A stretch of 32,000 bases of DNA from Mycolicibacterium smegmatis (GTDB lineage: Bacteria; Actinomycetota; Actinomycetes; Mycobacteriales; Mycobacteriaceae). The notes below the pieces were generated by a model, which was given only the letters and a program-made list of their open reading frames with translations, made no database searches and was not told where the DNA came from. Below, piece by piece: positions 18,569 to 26,792 of the stretch. Each line of letters begins with the position of its first letter. Position 1 is the first letter of the stretch. The position numbers were made by a program, and so were the translations under genes. Where the stretch lies: positions 2,970,001 to 3,002,000 of the forward strand of contig NZ_LN831039.1 in the NCBI RefSeq assembly GCF_001457595.1, given 5' to 3'.

Positions 18569-18952
18569 GTGCGATCGACTGTGGTGGCGGCGATGACCGT
18601 GCTGTCCGTCGTCTCGGCAGCAATGACGGCGGTGTCGGGTCAACCGGCGTACGCCGAGAGCTGTGACGAACCGTCCTGCGTTCCCGGCATCACACCGAAC
18701 GTGGTGCTGGGCGCGCCGTGCGCGGACACCGCCCGCCACGTCTTCGGCACGACCTCCTGGGGCCGGCTGGTCTTCTGCGGTTCACCGCGCCGGTACGAGC
18801 CGCGCTATTTCCGGTCGCCACAGATGGCCGGCGTCAAGGAGCCGGGGACGAGCTGTGCGGGCTACGAGCACTGGGTGGCACAGGCCCCCGACGGATTGTT
18901 CCTGAGCTGCCAGTCGCATGACGGGGCTCCGTTGTGGGAGAGGGGCAACTGA
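18569..18952 (+). CDS. Small secreted six-cysteine protein, unknown function
   Basis: GTG at 18569 gives MRSTVVAAMTVLSVVSAAMTAVSGQPAYA signal peptide, then a mature ~100 aa region with 6 Cys. Exact start uncertain. Confidence 0.65.
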   Translation: MRSTVVAAMTVLSVVSAAMTAVSGQPAYAESCDEPSCVPGITPNVVLGAPCADTARHVFGTTSWGRLVFCGSPRRYEPRYFRSPQMAGVKEPGTSCAGYEHWVAQAPDGLFLSCQSHDGAPLWERGN

Positions 18953-19353
18953 TGCGCGTGGTGCTCGCGACCGGTTCGGTCGCCGCCGCGATATGCCTGC
19001 CGGTCCCGGCGCACGCTGATCCGGCGCCGCTTCACCAGGTCACGTACACGGTGACGGCCCAGACGCCGACCCGGGCCGACATCTACTACCGCGAGACCGA
19101 TCCGCCGAACTGGGCCGACTACAGCCACAATCCGTACGTCTTCAGCCCGAAGGCCGAGGTCGAGGTGGGACCAGGCGCGCCGTGGGTGCTGACCGTGCAG
19201 CTCGCCGATCCGGACCGGTGGGCGATGGTGTCGGCCACCAGCGGCAGAGGCCCCGCGACCCCGGCGTTCCACTGTGAGCTGGCGGTGGACGGAGTGGTGG
19301 TGGCGACCGGGGACGGGCCCAAGGGCGCGCTGTGCGCGGTCCGGCACTGGTAG
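18952..19353 (+). CDS. Secreted/exported protein with weak resemblance to the MmpS C-terminal domain
   Basis: TGATG overlap with upstream gene; MRVVLATGSVAAAICLPVPAHA signal; VTYTVTAQTPTRADIYYRETDPPNW..., FHCELAVDGVVVATGDGPKGALCAVRH. Confidence 0.7.
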   Translation: MRVVLATGSVAAAICLPVPAHADPAPLHQVTYTVTAQTPTRADIYYRETDPPNWADYSHNPYVFSPKAEVEVGPGAPWVLTVQLADPDRWAMVSATSGRGPATPAFHCELAVDGVVVATGDGPKGALCAVRHW

Positions 19354-19377
19354 TGCCGCGCGGCTGATATCCCGAGC

Positions 19378-19425
19378 GTGGGGCCCGTGCACAGAATCTG
19401 CCCGAAACGCGTGCACAGGGCCCAC
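19378..19425. promoter_or_regulatory. Long imperfect inverted repeat with embedded GTGCAC dyads upstream of mas genes
   Basis: GTGGGGCCCGTGCAC (19378-19392) / GTGCACAGGGCCCAC (19411-19425), 13 of 15 positions complementary, 18-nt spacer; direct repeat CGTGCACAG at 19386 and 19410. Confidence 0.45.
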
Positions 19426-19540
19426 GGTCGACGGATGTGCTCGGTGCCCACTGGGTGGGAGCCGCCGCATCGACGAGTGCTCGCCGGGGCTTACCGTGCC
19501 GCATCGGCCCGTGGGCTGATGCACTACGGAGGGAACGTTC

Positions 19541-20218
19541 TTGCTGAGCACGACTGAACGAGTGGGTACCGACGCGGACCTGCTCGCGGAGAAAGCCGAA
19601 GCCGAAGCGGCCGAGGCCGAATCGGCGGCCGCGGCGGCACGCGAACGCGCGTCACGGCTGCGGCAGCAGGCGGGTGTCACGGCAGCCGACCCGGCACCCG
19701 GCCGTCCGCGCCGTTTACGGGTGGGCCTGTCCCGGCCCCGGTGGACCACGGTGGCCGCGGCCGTCGCACTGCTGTGCACGGCCGCTCTGCTCACCGTCGG
19801 CGGATACCTCACCTGGGATCATCGGAAGACCGTTGACGACGAGCGCATGCGTGCCGAGTACACCGCGGCGGCGCGCCAGGTGGCCGTGAGCCTGATGTCG
19901 ATCGACCACAACAACGCCGACGGCGATGTGCAACGCATCATCGACAATTCCACCGGGGAGTTCCGCGACGAGTTCGCCCAGGCCTCCGAGGATTTCGTCA
20001 AGCTGGCCAAGGACGCCAAGGTCACCACCGAGGCCACGGCCACCGCCGCGGCCGTCGAATCCATGACCGATGATGCGGCCGTGGTGCTGGTGACGGTCTC
20101 GTCGACGGTCACCGACGCCGAGGGCGCCAAGGATGCGCCGCGGAACTGGCGCCTGAGCGTGGACCTGCGGCGCGACGGGGACCAGATCAAGATGGCGAAG
20201 GTGGAGTTCGTGCCATGA
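19541..20218 (+). CDS. Mce-associated membrane protein (Mas)
   Basis: TTG start 7 nt after GGAGGG; Ala/Glu-rich coil N-terminus, one TM (TVAAAVALLCTAALLTVGGYLTW), then RQVAVSLMSIDHNNADGDVQRIIDNSTGEFRDEF, typical Mas family. Confidence 0.88.
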   Translation: MLSTTERVGTDADLLAEKAEAEAAEAESAAAAARERASRLRQQAGVTAADPAPGRPRRLRVGLSRPRWTTVAAAVALLCTAALLTVGGYLTWDHRKTVDDERMRAEYTAAARQVAVSLMSIDHNNADGDVQRIIDNSTGEFRDEFAQASEDFVKLAKDAKVTTEATATAAAVESMTDDAAVVLVTVSSTVTDAEGAKDAPRNWRLSVDLRRDGDQIKMAKVEFVP

Positions 20219-20814
20219 CGGTCGACGAGATGACAACTGCGAGCGACGTCGAGGTCGCTGTCGTGGCGGCTACTGAAGCCGGTGCTGAAGCCGGTACGGA
20301 CAGTCGGCTCAGGCGCGGCGCGCGCGCCTTCGGCGCGCACTGGCGGGCGATCGTCGTGGTGGGCCTGCTGGTGTCGTCGGCGGCACTGGTGACGGCGCTG
20401 TACCTCACGCAGTACCGCATCGACCGGCAGACCGATACGGCGGCCGTCGACGAGGTCGTCGCCGCCGCATCGAGCGGCACGGTCGCGCTGTTGTCCTACG
20501 CCCCGGACACACTGGAAGCGGATCTGGCCGGCGCACGGTCGAAGATGACCGGCGACTTCTTGACCTACTACGGGAAGTTCACCTCCGATGTGGTGGCGCC
20601 GGCGGTGCAGCAGAAGGGGATCACGGCCACCGCACAGATCGTGCGGGCGGGCATGATGGAGATCCGTCCCGATTCCGCGAAGGTCCTGGTGTTCCTCAAC
20701 CAGGAGACCTCCAGCAAGGAACGGCCCGACCCGTCGCTCACGGCCAGCAGCGTGGTGGTGAGCTTGACCAAAGTCGATGGGAACTGGCTGATCTCGGCGT
20801 TCGACCCGGTGTGA
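20215..20814 (+). CDS. Mce-associated membrane protein (Mas), second copy
   Basis: 199 aa; TM followed by TVALLSYAPDTLEADLAGARSKMTGDFLTYYGKFTSDVVAPAVQQKGITATAQIVRAG, typical Mas; ATGA overlap with preceding gene. Confidence 0.9.
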   Translation: MTVDEMTTASDVEVAVVAATEAGAEAGTDSRLRRGARAFGAHWRAIVVVGLLVSSAALVTALYLTQYRIDRQTDTAAVDEVVAAASSGTVALLSYAPDTLEADLAGARSKMTGDFLTYYGKFTSDVVAPAVQQKGITATAQIVRAGMMEIRPDSAKVLVFLNQETSSKERPDPSLTASSVVVSLTKVDGNWLISAFDPV

Positions 20815-21426
20815 TCAGCGGGCCGACCTGGGGCGGATGAAAACGCCTTCGGCCTGTGCGGTGACCTCGCCATCGGGTCCGAGAAGATGGCCCACGGCAA
20901 AGGTTTTCGAGCCCTCTTCCCGGTCGATCCACGCCTCGGCCCGCAGCGCACCCAGCCAGGTGGGTCGCACATAGCGGATCGTGAGCGTGCCGGTGAACGC
21001 CGTCTGGTGACGGTGATGCGCGGTGGCACCGAGCACGTGGTCGAGCACCAACGCACATACCCCACCGTGCACCTGACCGGGCGGTCCCTCGTACGGCGCG
21101 CCGAGCACCAGATCGGCTGTCGCGCGGCCGTCGGAATCCCGGTGTACATCCAGCGGCGGGGCGATGGCGTTGCGCACCCCGATGGCCACGTTGCCCCACG
21201 GCATGGGCCGACCCGCGGCGTCGCTGCGTATGCCGAACGAACCGGGTGCCACACGGGAGCCGAGCAGGGCCGCGGCTTCGTCGACGAGTCGATGCGCTCG
21301 GCGCACGGCGTCGTCGTCGGCCTCACTGCGGATCGTCAGGTCGACCAGCCGCCGAACGCTCTGTGTCAACGGTTCGTACAGCGCGCGAGCGTGTTCGGGG
21401 TCGGCAACCGAAATGGGATCGCTCAC
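20815..21426 (-). CDS. PaaI-like hotdog-fold thioesterase
   Basis: 203 aa; APYEGPPGQVHGGVCALVLDHVLGATAHHRHQTAFTGTLTIRYVRPTWLGALRAEAWI matches the hotdog thioesterase core. Confidence 0.85.
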   Translation of the reverse strand: MSDPISVADPEHARALYEPLTQSVRRLVDLTIRSEADDDAVRRAHRLVDEAAALLGSRVAPGSFGIRSDAAGRPMPWGNVAIGVRNAIAPPLDVHRDSDGRATADLVLGAPYEGPPGQVHGGVCALVLDHVLGATAHHRHQTAFTGTLTIRYVRPTWLGALRAEAWIDREEGSKTFAVGHLLGPDGEVTAQAEGVFIRPRSAR

Positions 21427-22991
21427 GCCGTGGTGCCTTCGGCCGCCATGTCGAGCGCCGCGAAGTGACTGAACAGCATCGACGCCCCGATCGGATTGCC
21501 GCCGCCGGGGTAGGTCGTACCGCTCACGGCAGCCATGGTGTTGCCCGCGGCGTACAGGCCCGGAATCGGCTCGCCGTCACGTCCGCGGACACGGGCGCGG
21601 GTGTCAGTGCGCAGACCGCCTTTCGTCCCGAGATCGGACAGTCCGAACGCGGCCGCATGGTAGGGCGGTGTGTCGATCGGAACCAGCGGCGAGGCCCCGC
21701 CGGTGAACACCCGGTCGTATGCCTCGTCGCCGCGGCCGAAGTCGTCGTCGTGGCCTGCGGTGGCCATCTCGTTGAAGCGCTGGATGGTGGCTTCGAGAGC
21801 GTCGGCGGGAACGCCGATCTCCTCTGCGAGGCCCGAGATCGTCTCTGCTGAACGCCACAGTCCCGCCGCGCGGTACTCGGCCGGATCGACCATCGAGACG
21901 TTGGTGGCGCCGACCGGCGGCACATCACCGGCCCGGCTGTCGTACACCATCCAGTACGGCAGCGTCAGGCGCCCGGATTCGAGTCGCTCGATCACCGCGC
22001 GGCCCAACCGGTCGTACGGTGCGGACTCGTTGACGAACCGCTTGCCGTCCTGGTCGACGAAGATGCCCCCGGTGAACCACAGCGCGAACGCGGAACGGCC
22101 GTCCGGGTGTGTCAGGCCCGGCGACCACCACGCCTGATCCATCAGGTCGACATCCGCACCCACCGCCATCGCCGCGCGGTGGGCCGCACCTGTGCTGCCC
22201 GGGCCGCCCATGGTGTCCGTCGCGCTGCCCGGCACCCCGTATCTGCCACGCATGTCGGCGTTCTGCTCGAACCCGCCCGACGCCAGCAGCACCCCGCGCC
22301 GGGCGCACACCCGTAGACGCTCACCGCCGCGTTCCACGATGGCGCCCACCACTCGGCCACTTTCGGTGATCAGTTCGGTCAGCGGGGCCTCACACCAGCA
22401 GTCGGCGTTCGGCAGCTTGTCCAGGGCGGCCAGGAACCGTCCGACCAGTGCGCGGCCGCCGATCAGCGTGTCGGGTGCGGGCGCGCCGAGGCGTTCGGTG
22501 TCGAGCGGACCGCGCACCAGACCCTGGTATGAGCCCAAAGCGCTGTCGGGCAGTGGTTTCGGGACGATGTGGCGGTACCCGTCGTTGCGGGCGCCCGGTA
22601 CCGAACCGTAGTAGTCCGGCCAGGGCAGCACGGCGAACTCGAAGCCGTGGTCCTGCTCGAGGTAGGCGATGAAGCCGGCCCCGCCGGTGACGTAGGCGTC
22701 CTGCAGTTCTTGGGGAGTCCGGTCGCCGACGACGGCGTGGAAGTACTTCAACGCCTCGTCGAGGGTGTCGTCGGTTCCGGCCCGTTCGAGCACCGGGTTG
22801 CAGGGAAACCACATGCCGCCACCACCGGAGAACGCCGTGGTGCCGCCGAACTTGTCGGTGGCCTCCACCAGCAGCACCGAAAGACCCTCCCGGGCAGCGG
22901 TATACGCACCGGCCACACCGCCACCGGAACCAGCCACCAACACATCGACCTCGACGTCGAACCGGCCGGACTCAGACCTTTGGTCGGGCAT
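21423..22991 (-). CDS. kstD: 3-ketosteroid delta1-dehydrogenase (KstD) family flavoprotein
   Basis: 522 aa; VLVAGSGGGVAGAYTAAREGLSVLLVEATDKFGGTTAFSGGGGMWFPCNPVLERAG and LYAAGNTMAAVSGTTYPGGGNPIGASMLFSHFAA. Confidence 0.88.
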   Translation of the reverse strand: MPDQRSESGRFDVEVDVLVAGSGGGVAGAYTAAREGLSVLLVEATDKFGGTTAFSGGGGMWFPCNPVLERAGTDDTLDEALKYFHAVVGDRTPQELQDAYVTGGAGFIAYLEQDHGFEFAVLPWPDYYGSVPGARNDGYRHIVPKPLPDSALGSYQGLVRGPLDTERLGAPAPDTLIGGRALVGRFLAALDKLPNADCWCEAPLTELITESGRVVGAIVERGGERLRVCARRGVLLASGGFEQNADMRGRYGVPGSATDTMGGPGSTGAAHRAAMAVGADVDLMDQAWWSPGLTHPDGRSAFALWFTGGIFVDQDGKRFVNESAPYDRLGRAVIERLESGRLTLPYWMVYDSRAGDVPPVGATNVSMVDPAEYRAAGLWRSAETISGLAEEIGVPADALEATIQRFNEMATAGHDDDFGRGDEAYDRVFTGGASPLVPIDTPPYHAAAFGLSDLGTKGGLRTDTRARVRGRDGEPIPGLYAAGNTMAAVSGTTYPGGGNPIGASMLFSHFAALDMAAEGTTA

Positions 22992-22997
22992 GCTCCT

Positions 22998-23013
22998 CCT
23001 TCTTCGCAGAAGG
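22998..23013 (-). promoter_or_regulatory. GNRA-tetraloop hairpin overlapping the Shine-Dalgarno of kstD
   Basis: Minus strand reads CCTTCT-GCGA-AGAAGG-AGGAGC-ATG: perfect 6-bp stem, GCGA loop, 3' arm merges into AAGGAGGAG. Confidence 0.45.
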
Positions 23014-23071
23014 TCAATGTTGCCTCCGGCGGGCGGCGGCGCAACGGGTTCTCCCGATGAGCGGTAGTGCC

Positions 23072-23094
23072 ACCACCCGTGGGGGTCGGGTGGT
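23072..23094. promoter_or_regulatory. Candidate operator dyad between kstD and padR-like gene
   Basis: ACCACCC(23072-23078)-9 nt-GGGTGGT(23088-23094), perfect 7-bp arms in a divergent intergenic region. Confidence 0.35.
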
Positions 23095-23109
23095 TGTTAG
23101 CCTTGGCGA

Positions 23110-23805
23110 GTGACAGATGCCGCCGACACGCCGCTCGGTGAGCTGAACGTGTCGCCCACCGGATGGGCGTTGCTGGGCATGCTCTCCGGCGGTGACGAAC
23201 TGTCCGGTTACGACATCAAGAAGTGGATCAACTGGGCCATCCAGTTCTTCTACTCCAGCCCCGCGTACAGCCAGATCTATTCCGAACTGAAGCGACTGGA
23301 GCGGCTGGGCCTGGTGAGCTCGCGGGTCGACGCGGGCGCCCGCAGCCGGCGCATGTACAGGATCACCGACGCCGGACTGTCCGCCGTCACGCGGTGGGCC
23401 AACGAGGAGGCCGTCGAGCCGCCCACGCTCAAACACAACCCGGTGTTGCGGGTCATGCTGGGCCACTTGCTGAAACCGGGCCGACTGCGTGAGGTGCTCG
23501 CCGAGCACGCCGACTACGCCGACCGCATGCATCAGGCCGCCGCCACCGAGGCCCGCTGGACCGAGGACCAACCCGCCTGGTCGTACGCGGGACTGGCGCT
23601 GAGGTGGTCGGAGCGTTACTACGCCGCCGAACGCGAACTCGCGCTGCAGATGATCAAGGATCTCGACGCCGTCGAGGCACAGCTTGCCGACACGGGCGCG
23701 CAGAACATCGAGTTCCCGGTGCGCGAGTACTGGTACGAGGTCGAGCGGCGCATCGCGGCGGAGGAGACCGACGAGACACCGCCCGGCGCAGATCGGCCCG
23801 ACTGA
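23110..23805 (+). CDS. PadR-family transcriptional regulator
   Basis: GTG start; LNVSPTGWALLGMLSGGDELSGYDIKKWINWAIQFFYSSPAYSQIYSELKRLERLGLVSS wHTH; C-terminal Vir_act_alpha-like helices. Confidence 0.92.
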   Translation: MTDAADTPLGELNVSPTGWALLGMLSGGDELSGYDIKKWINWAIQFFYSSPAYSQIYSELKRLERLGLVSSRVDAGARSRRMYRITDAGLSAVTRWANEEAVEPPTLKHNPVLRVMLGHLLKPGRLREVLAEHADYADRMHQAAATEARWTEDQPAWSYAGLALRWSERYYAAERELALQMIKDLDAVEAQLADTGAQNIEFPVREYWYEVERRIAAEETDETPPGADRPD

Positions 23806-23831
23806 GTTCCCCGGAGGGATCAGTCGAGCCG
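23794..23831. terminator. Bidirectional terminator between convergent padR-like and FAD-enzyme genes
   Basis: CGGCCCGACTGA (23794-23805) pairs with TCAGTCGAGCCG (23820-23831), 11 of 12 bp; loop has inner TCCC/GGGA pairing. Confidence 0.7.
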
Positions 23832-25496
23832 GCCTGCGGCGTGCCGGGCCGCGATGTAGCCGAACACCAGACCCTGCCCGATGGTGGCGCCCGCGCCCGG
23901 GTAGCTGGCGCCGAAGGTGTTGGCGGCGGTGTTGCCGATGGCGTAGAGACCCTCGATCACCGAGCCGTCCTCACGCAACGCCCGGCCGCGGGCATCGGCC
24001 CGCACGCCACCGCACGTGCCGAGGTCGCTCAGCACCACCTTCACCGCGTAGAGCGGGCCGTCGTCCAGCGGGCGCAGATTGGGGTTCGGTGTCACGGTGG
24101 GGTCGCCGTAGTAGCGATCGTAGGCGCTGTCGCCGCGGCCGAAGTCGGAGTCGACGCCGGTGCGTGCGAGCGCGTTGAAGCGGCTCAGTGTGGCGGTCAG
24201 GACCGACACGTCGACGCCGATCGACCGCGCGAGTCCGCCGAGATCGTCACTGCGGTGCGCGATGCCGGCGTCATACCAGGTCTGCGGGATCGGCATCCGC
24301 GGAAACAGTTCGGCGGCAAGCAGATAGCTGTTGCGGTACCGCTGGTCGAAGATCATCCACATCACGTCGACCGGGTTGCCCACGCGCTCACGGTCCAGCA
24401 CGCGCTGCCCGAACGACATGTAGTCGGTGGCTTCGTTGATGAACCGGTTGCCGGTCTGATCGACCAGCAGGCAGCCGGGCAGTGACCGCTCGGCGAGCAT
24501 CACGGTGGGCTCACCACCGGGTAGGGGAGCGAACGCGGGGAACCACCACGCCTGGTCCATGAGTCCGGTGTCGGCGCCGAGGTCCTGGGCGATGCGGATA
24601 CCGTCGCCGGTGTTGCCCTCGGATCCGAGGCTGAGGTCCTCGTTCATCGATTCGGACTGGAACTTGCGCCGCCAGTCCATCTGGTGGTCGAAGCCTCCGG
24701 TGGCCAGCACCACGCCCCGGCGTGCGGTGATGGCGACGTCGATGCCGTTGCGGTTCACCACCGCACCGGTCACCCGATCGCCGTCGACCAGCAGGCGGAC
24801 CAGCGGACTCTGGGTCCACACCGGGATGCCGGCGCGCAGTACACCGGCGTACAGTCCTGCGGCGAGCGCCTGACCGCCTGCGGCGTACCGGCGGCGCAGG
24901 GCCAGTCCACCGATGCCCTGGAACGCGCGCAGCATGATGCGCGGGACGGCCTTTCGCGGCACGCGCGCCATCAGGTTCAACCAGCGATAATCGGCGCCGG
25001 TCACCGGCATCGGGAACGAGGATTTCATCACCCCCGGCCGCAGCCGTGACAGTTCCCGCCCGAGGACGGCGGTGTCGAACGGGCGGCATTCACACGTGCG
25101 GCCGACGGCACTGCCACCGGGACGCTCCGGGTGATAATCCGAATACCCCTTGGCCCACTGGAATTTCATCGGCGTGGTGCGCCGCAGCATCTCGACTGTC
25201 GCGCTGCCGTGATCCAGGAACGCCCCGGCCCGGTCGGCCGGTGCGGCATCGGCGACGAGGGTCTCCAGATAGGTGCGCCCGGCATCGAGGGTGTCGTCGG
25301 AACCCTCTTCGGACAGGATCGGATTGGCAGGCATCCAGAACGCGCCGCCTGAGCGTGCGGTCGACCCGCCGACCAGGGCGGTCTTCTCCACGATCATCGC
25401 CGACAACCCGAGTTCGTGCGCGGCCAGTGCCGCGGCCATTCCGGTGCCGGAGCCGACAACCAGCATATCGACGGTGAGGTTCTGGGGATCAGTCAC
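23820..25496 (-). CDS. KstD-like FAD-dependent dehydrogenase (second copy)
   Basis: GTG at 25496: VDMLVVGSGTGMAAALAAHELGLSAMIVEKTALVGGSTARSGGAFWMPANPILSEEG; LYAIGNTAANTFGASYPGAGATIGQGLVFGYIAA. Confidence 0.87.
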   Translation of the reverse strand: MTDPQNLTVDMLVVGSGTGMAAALAAHELGLSAMIVEKTALVGGSTARSGGAFWMPANPILSEEGSDDTLDAGRTYLETLVADAAPADRAGAFLDHGSATVEMLRRTTPMKFQWAKGYSDYHPERPGGSAVGRTCECRPFDTAVLGRELSRLRPGVMKSSFPMPVTGADYRWLNLMARVPRKAVPRIMLRAFQGIGGLALRRRYAAGGQALAAGLYAGVLRAGIPVWTQSPLVRLLVDGDRVTGAVVNRNGIDVAITARRGVVLATGGFDHQMDWRRKFQSESMNEDLSLGSEGNTGDGIRIAQDLGADTGLMDQAWWFPAFAPLPGGEPTVMLAERSLPGCLLVDQTGNRFINEATDYMSFGQRVLDRERVGNPVDVMWMIFDQRYRNSYLLAAELFPRMPIPQTWYDAGIAHRSDDLGGLARSIGVDVSVLTATLSRFNALARTGVDSDFGRGDSAYDRYYGDPTVTPNPNLRPLDDGPLYAVKVVLSDLGTCGGVRADARGRALREDGSVIEGLYAIGNTAANTFGASYPGAGATIGQGLVFGYIAARHAAGRLD

Positions 25497-25631
25497 TGCG
25501 CGATTCTCAGGCGTCGACCGTGAGGCGTGCGCCGGGCCCGCCCGGTCAGTGGAACAGCAGACCCACTCTGGCCCCGCGCCGGTGTTACATCGGAAGGTCT
25601 TTGCAAGCGACACATGACGAGGATGGCCGGT

Positions 25632-26792
25632 ATGACATCGTTGCAGCCCGACGGCGGCACCGGCGAGGTTCGCCAGATCGAGGCGCAGGCAGCGCCGACA
25701 CGATTCGCGCGAGGCTGGCACTGCCTGGGGTTGATCCGTGAGCTCGGGGACGGTAAACCGCACGCGATCAACGCCTTTGGTGGAAAGCTCGTGGTCTTCC
25801 GCGGTGCCGACGGAAAGATCAACGTGCTGGACTCATATTGCAGGCACATGGGCGGCGATCTGTCCGACGGCGAGGTGAAAGGCAACGAGATCGCCTGCCC
25901 GTTCCACGACTGGCGCTGGGGTGGCGACGGACGCTGCAAGCAGATCCCCTACAGCCGCCGCGTGCCCAAGCTGGCCCGCACCGCCACCTGGCCCACCCTG
26001 GAGCAGGACGGCATGCTGTTCGTGTGGAACGACCCGGAGAAGAACCCGCCGCCGCCTGAGGTGACGATCCCGCGCATCGAGGGCGTGGGCACCGACCGGT
26101 GGACCGACTGGCACTGGTACACGACGGTGGTGCACACCAACTGCCGCGAGATCATCGACAACGTCGTCGACATGGCCCACTTCTTCTACATCCACGGTGG
26201 CCTGCCGACGGGCTTCAAGAACGTCTTCGAGGGGCACATCGCCACGCAGTACTACAAGAGCGAGGCGCGCCCGGATCTCGGATCCGGTGAGGGCGCGAAG
26301 ATCCTCGGGACCACGTCGGTCGCCTCCTATTACGGGCCGTCCTTCATGATCGACGACCTGACCTACCACTACGAGCACGGTGACCAGCGCACCGTGCTGC
26401 TCAACTGCCACTATCCGATCGACGCCAATTCCTTTGTGCTGCAGTACGGCATCACCGTCGAGATGTCCGATGCGGTGCCGCACGACGTCGCGACCCAGAT
26501 GGCCGTGGCGCTCGGCGATTTCGTCAAGATGGGCTTCGAGCAGGACGTCGCGATCTGGAAGCGCAAGGCGCGCATCGACAATCCGCTGCTGTGCGAAGAG
26601 GACGGCCCCGTCTACCAGCTGCGGCGGTGGTACGAGCAGTTCTATGTCGACGTCGCCGACGTGACGCCGGACATGGTGGACCGCTTCGAGTTCGAGATCG
26701 ACACCACGCGTCCGCGGGAGGCCTGGCTCAAGGAGGTCCAGGACAACCTGGCCGCGGGCCGGCTGCCCAGACTGGTGGGCGTCAACAAGTGA
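25632..26792 (+). CDS. kshA: KshA-type Rieske non-haem iron oxygenase (3-ketosteroid 9alpha-hydroxylase oxygenase family)
   Basis: Rieske C-x-H...C-x2-H: CRHMGGDLSDGEVKGNEIACPFHDW; NVVDMAHFFYIHGGLPTGFKNVFEGH and KshA-like C-terminus. Start could also be ATG 25614 or 25623. Confidence 0.88.
   Translation: MTSLQPDGGTGEVRQIEAQAAPTRFARGWHCLGLIRELGDGKPHAINAFGGKLVVFRGADGKINVLDSYCRHMGGDLSDGEVKGNEIACPFHDWRWGGDGRCKQIPYSRRVPKLARTATWPTLEQDGMLFVWNDPEKNPPPPEVTIPRIEGVGTDRWTDWHWYTTVVHTNCREIIDNVVDMAHFFYIHGGLPTGFKNVFEGHIATQYYKSEARPDLGSGEGAKILGTTSVASYYGPSFMIDDLTYHYEHGDQRTVLLNCHYPIDANSFVLQYGITVEMSDAVPHDVATQMAVALGDFVKMGFEQDVAIWKRKARIDNPLLCEEDGPVYQLRRWYEQFYVDVADVTPDMVDRFEFEIDTTRPREAWLKEVQDNLAAGRLPRLVGVNK

Noticed and set aside
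22992-23109. ATGT-N(8-10)-ACAT PadR-type operator and KstR-type palindrome
   Set aside because: Looked for both in this region and in 25497-25631; neither consensus is present, only the GC-type dyads reported.
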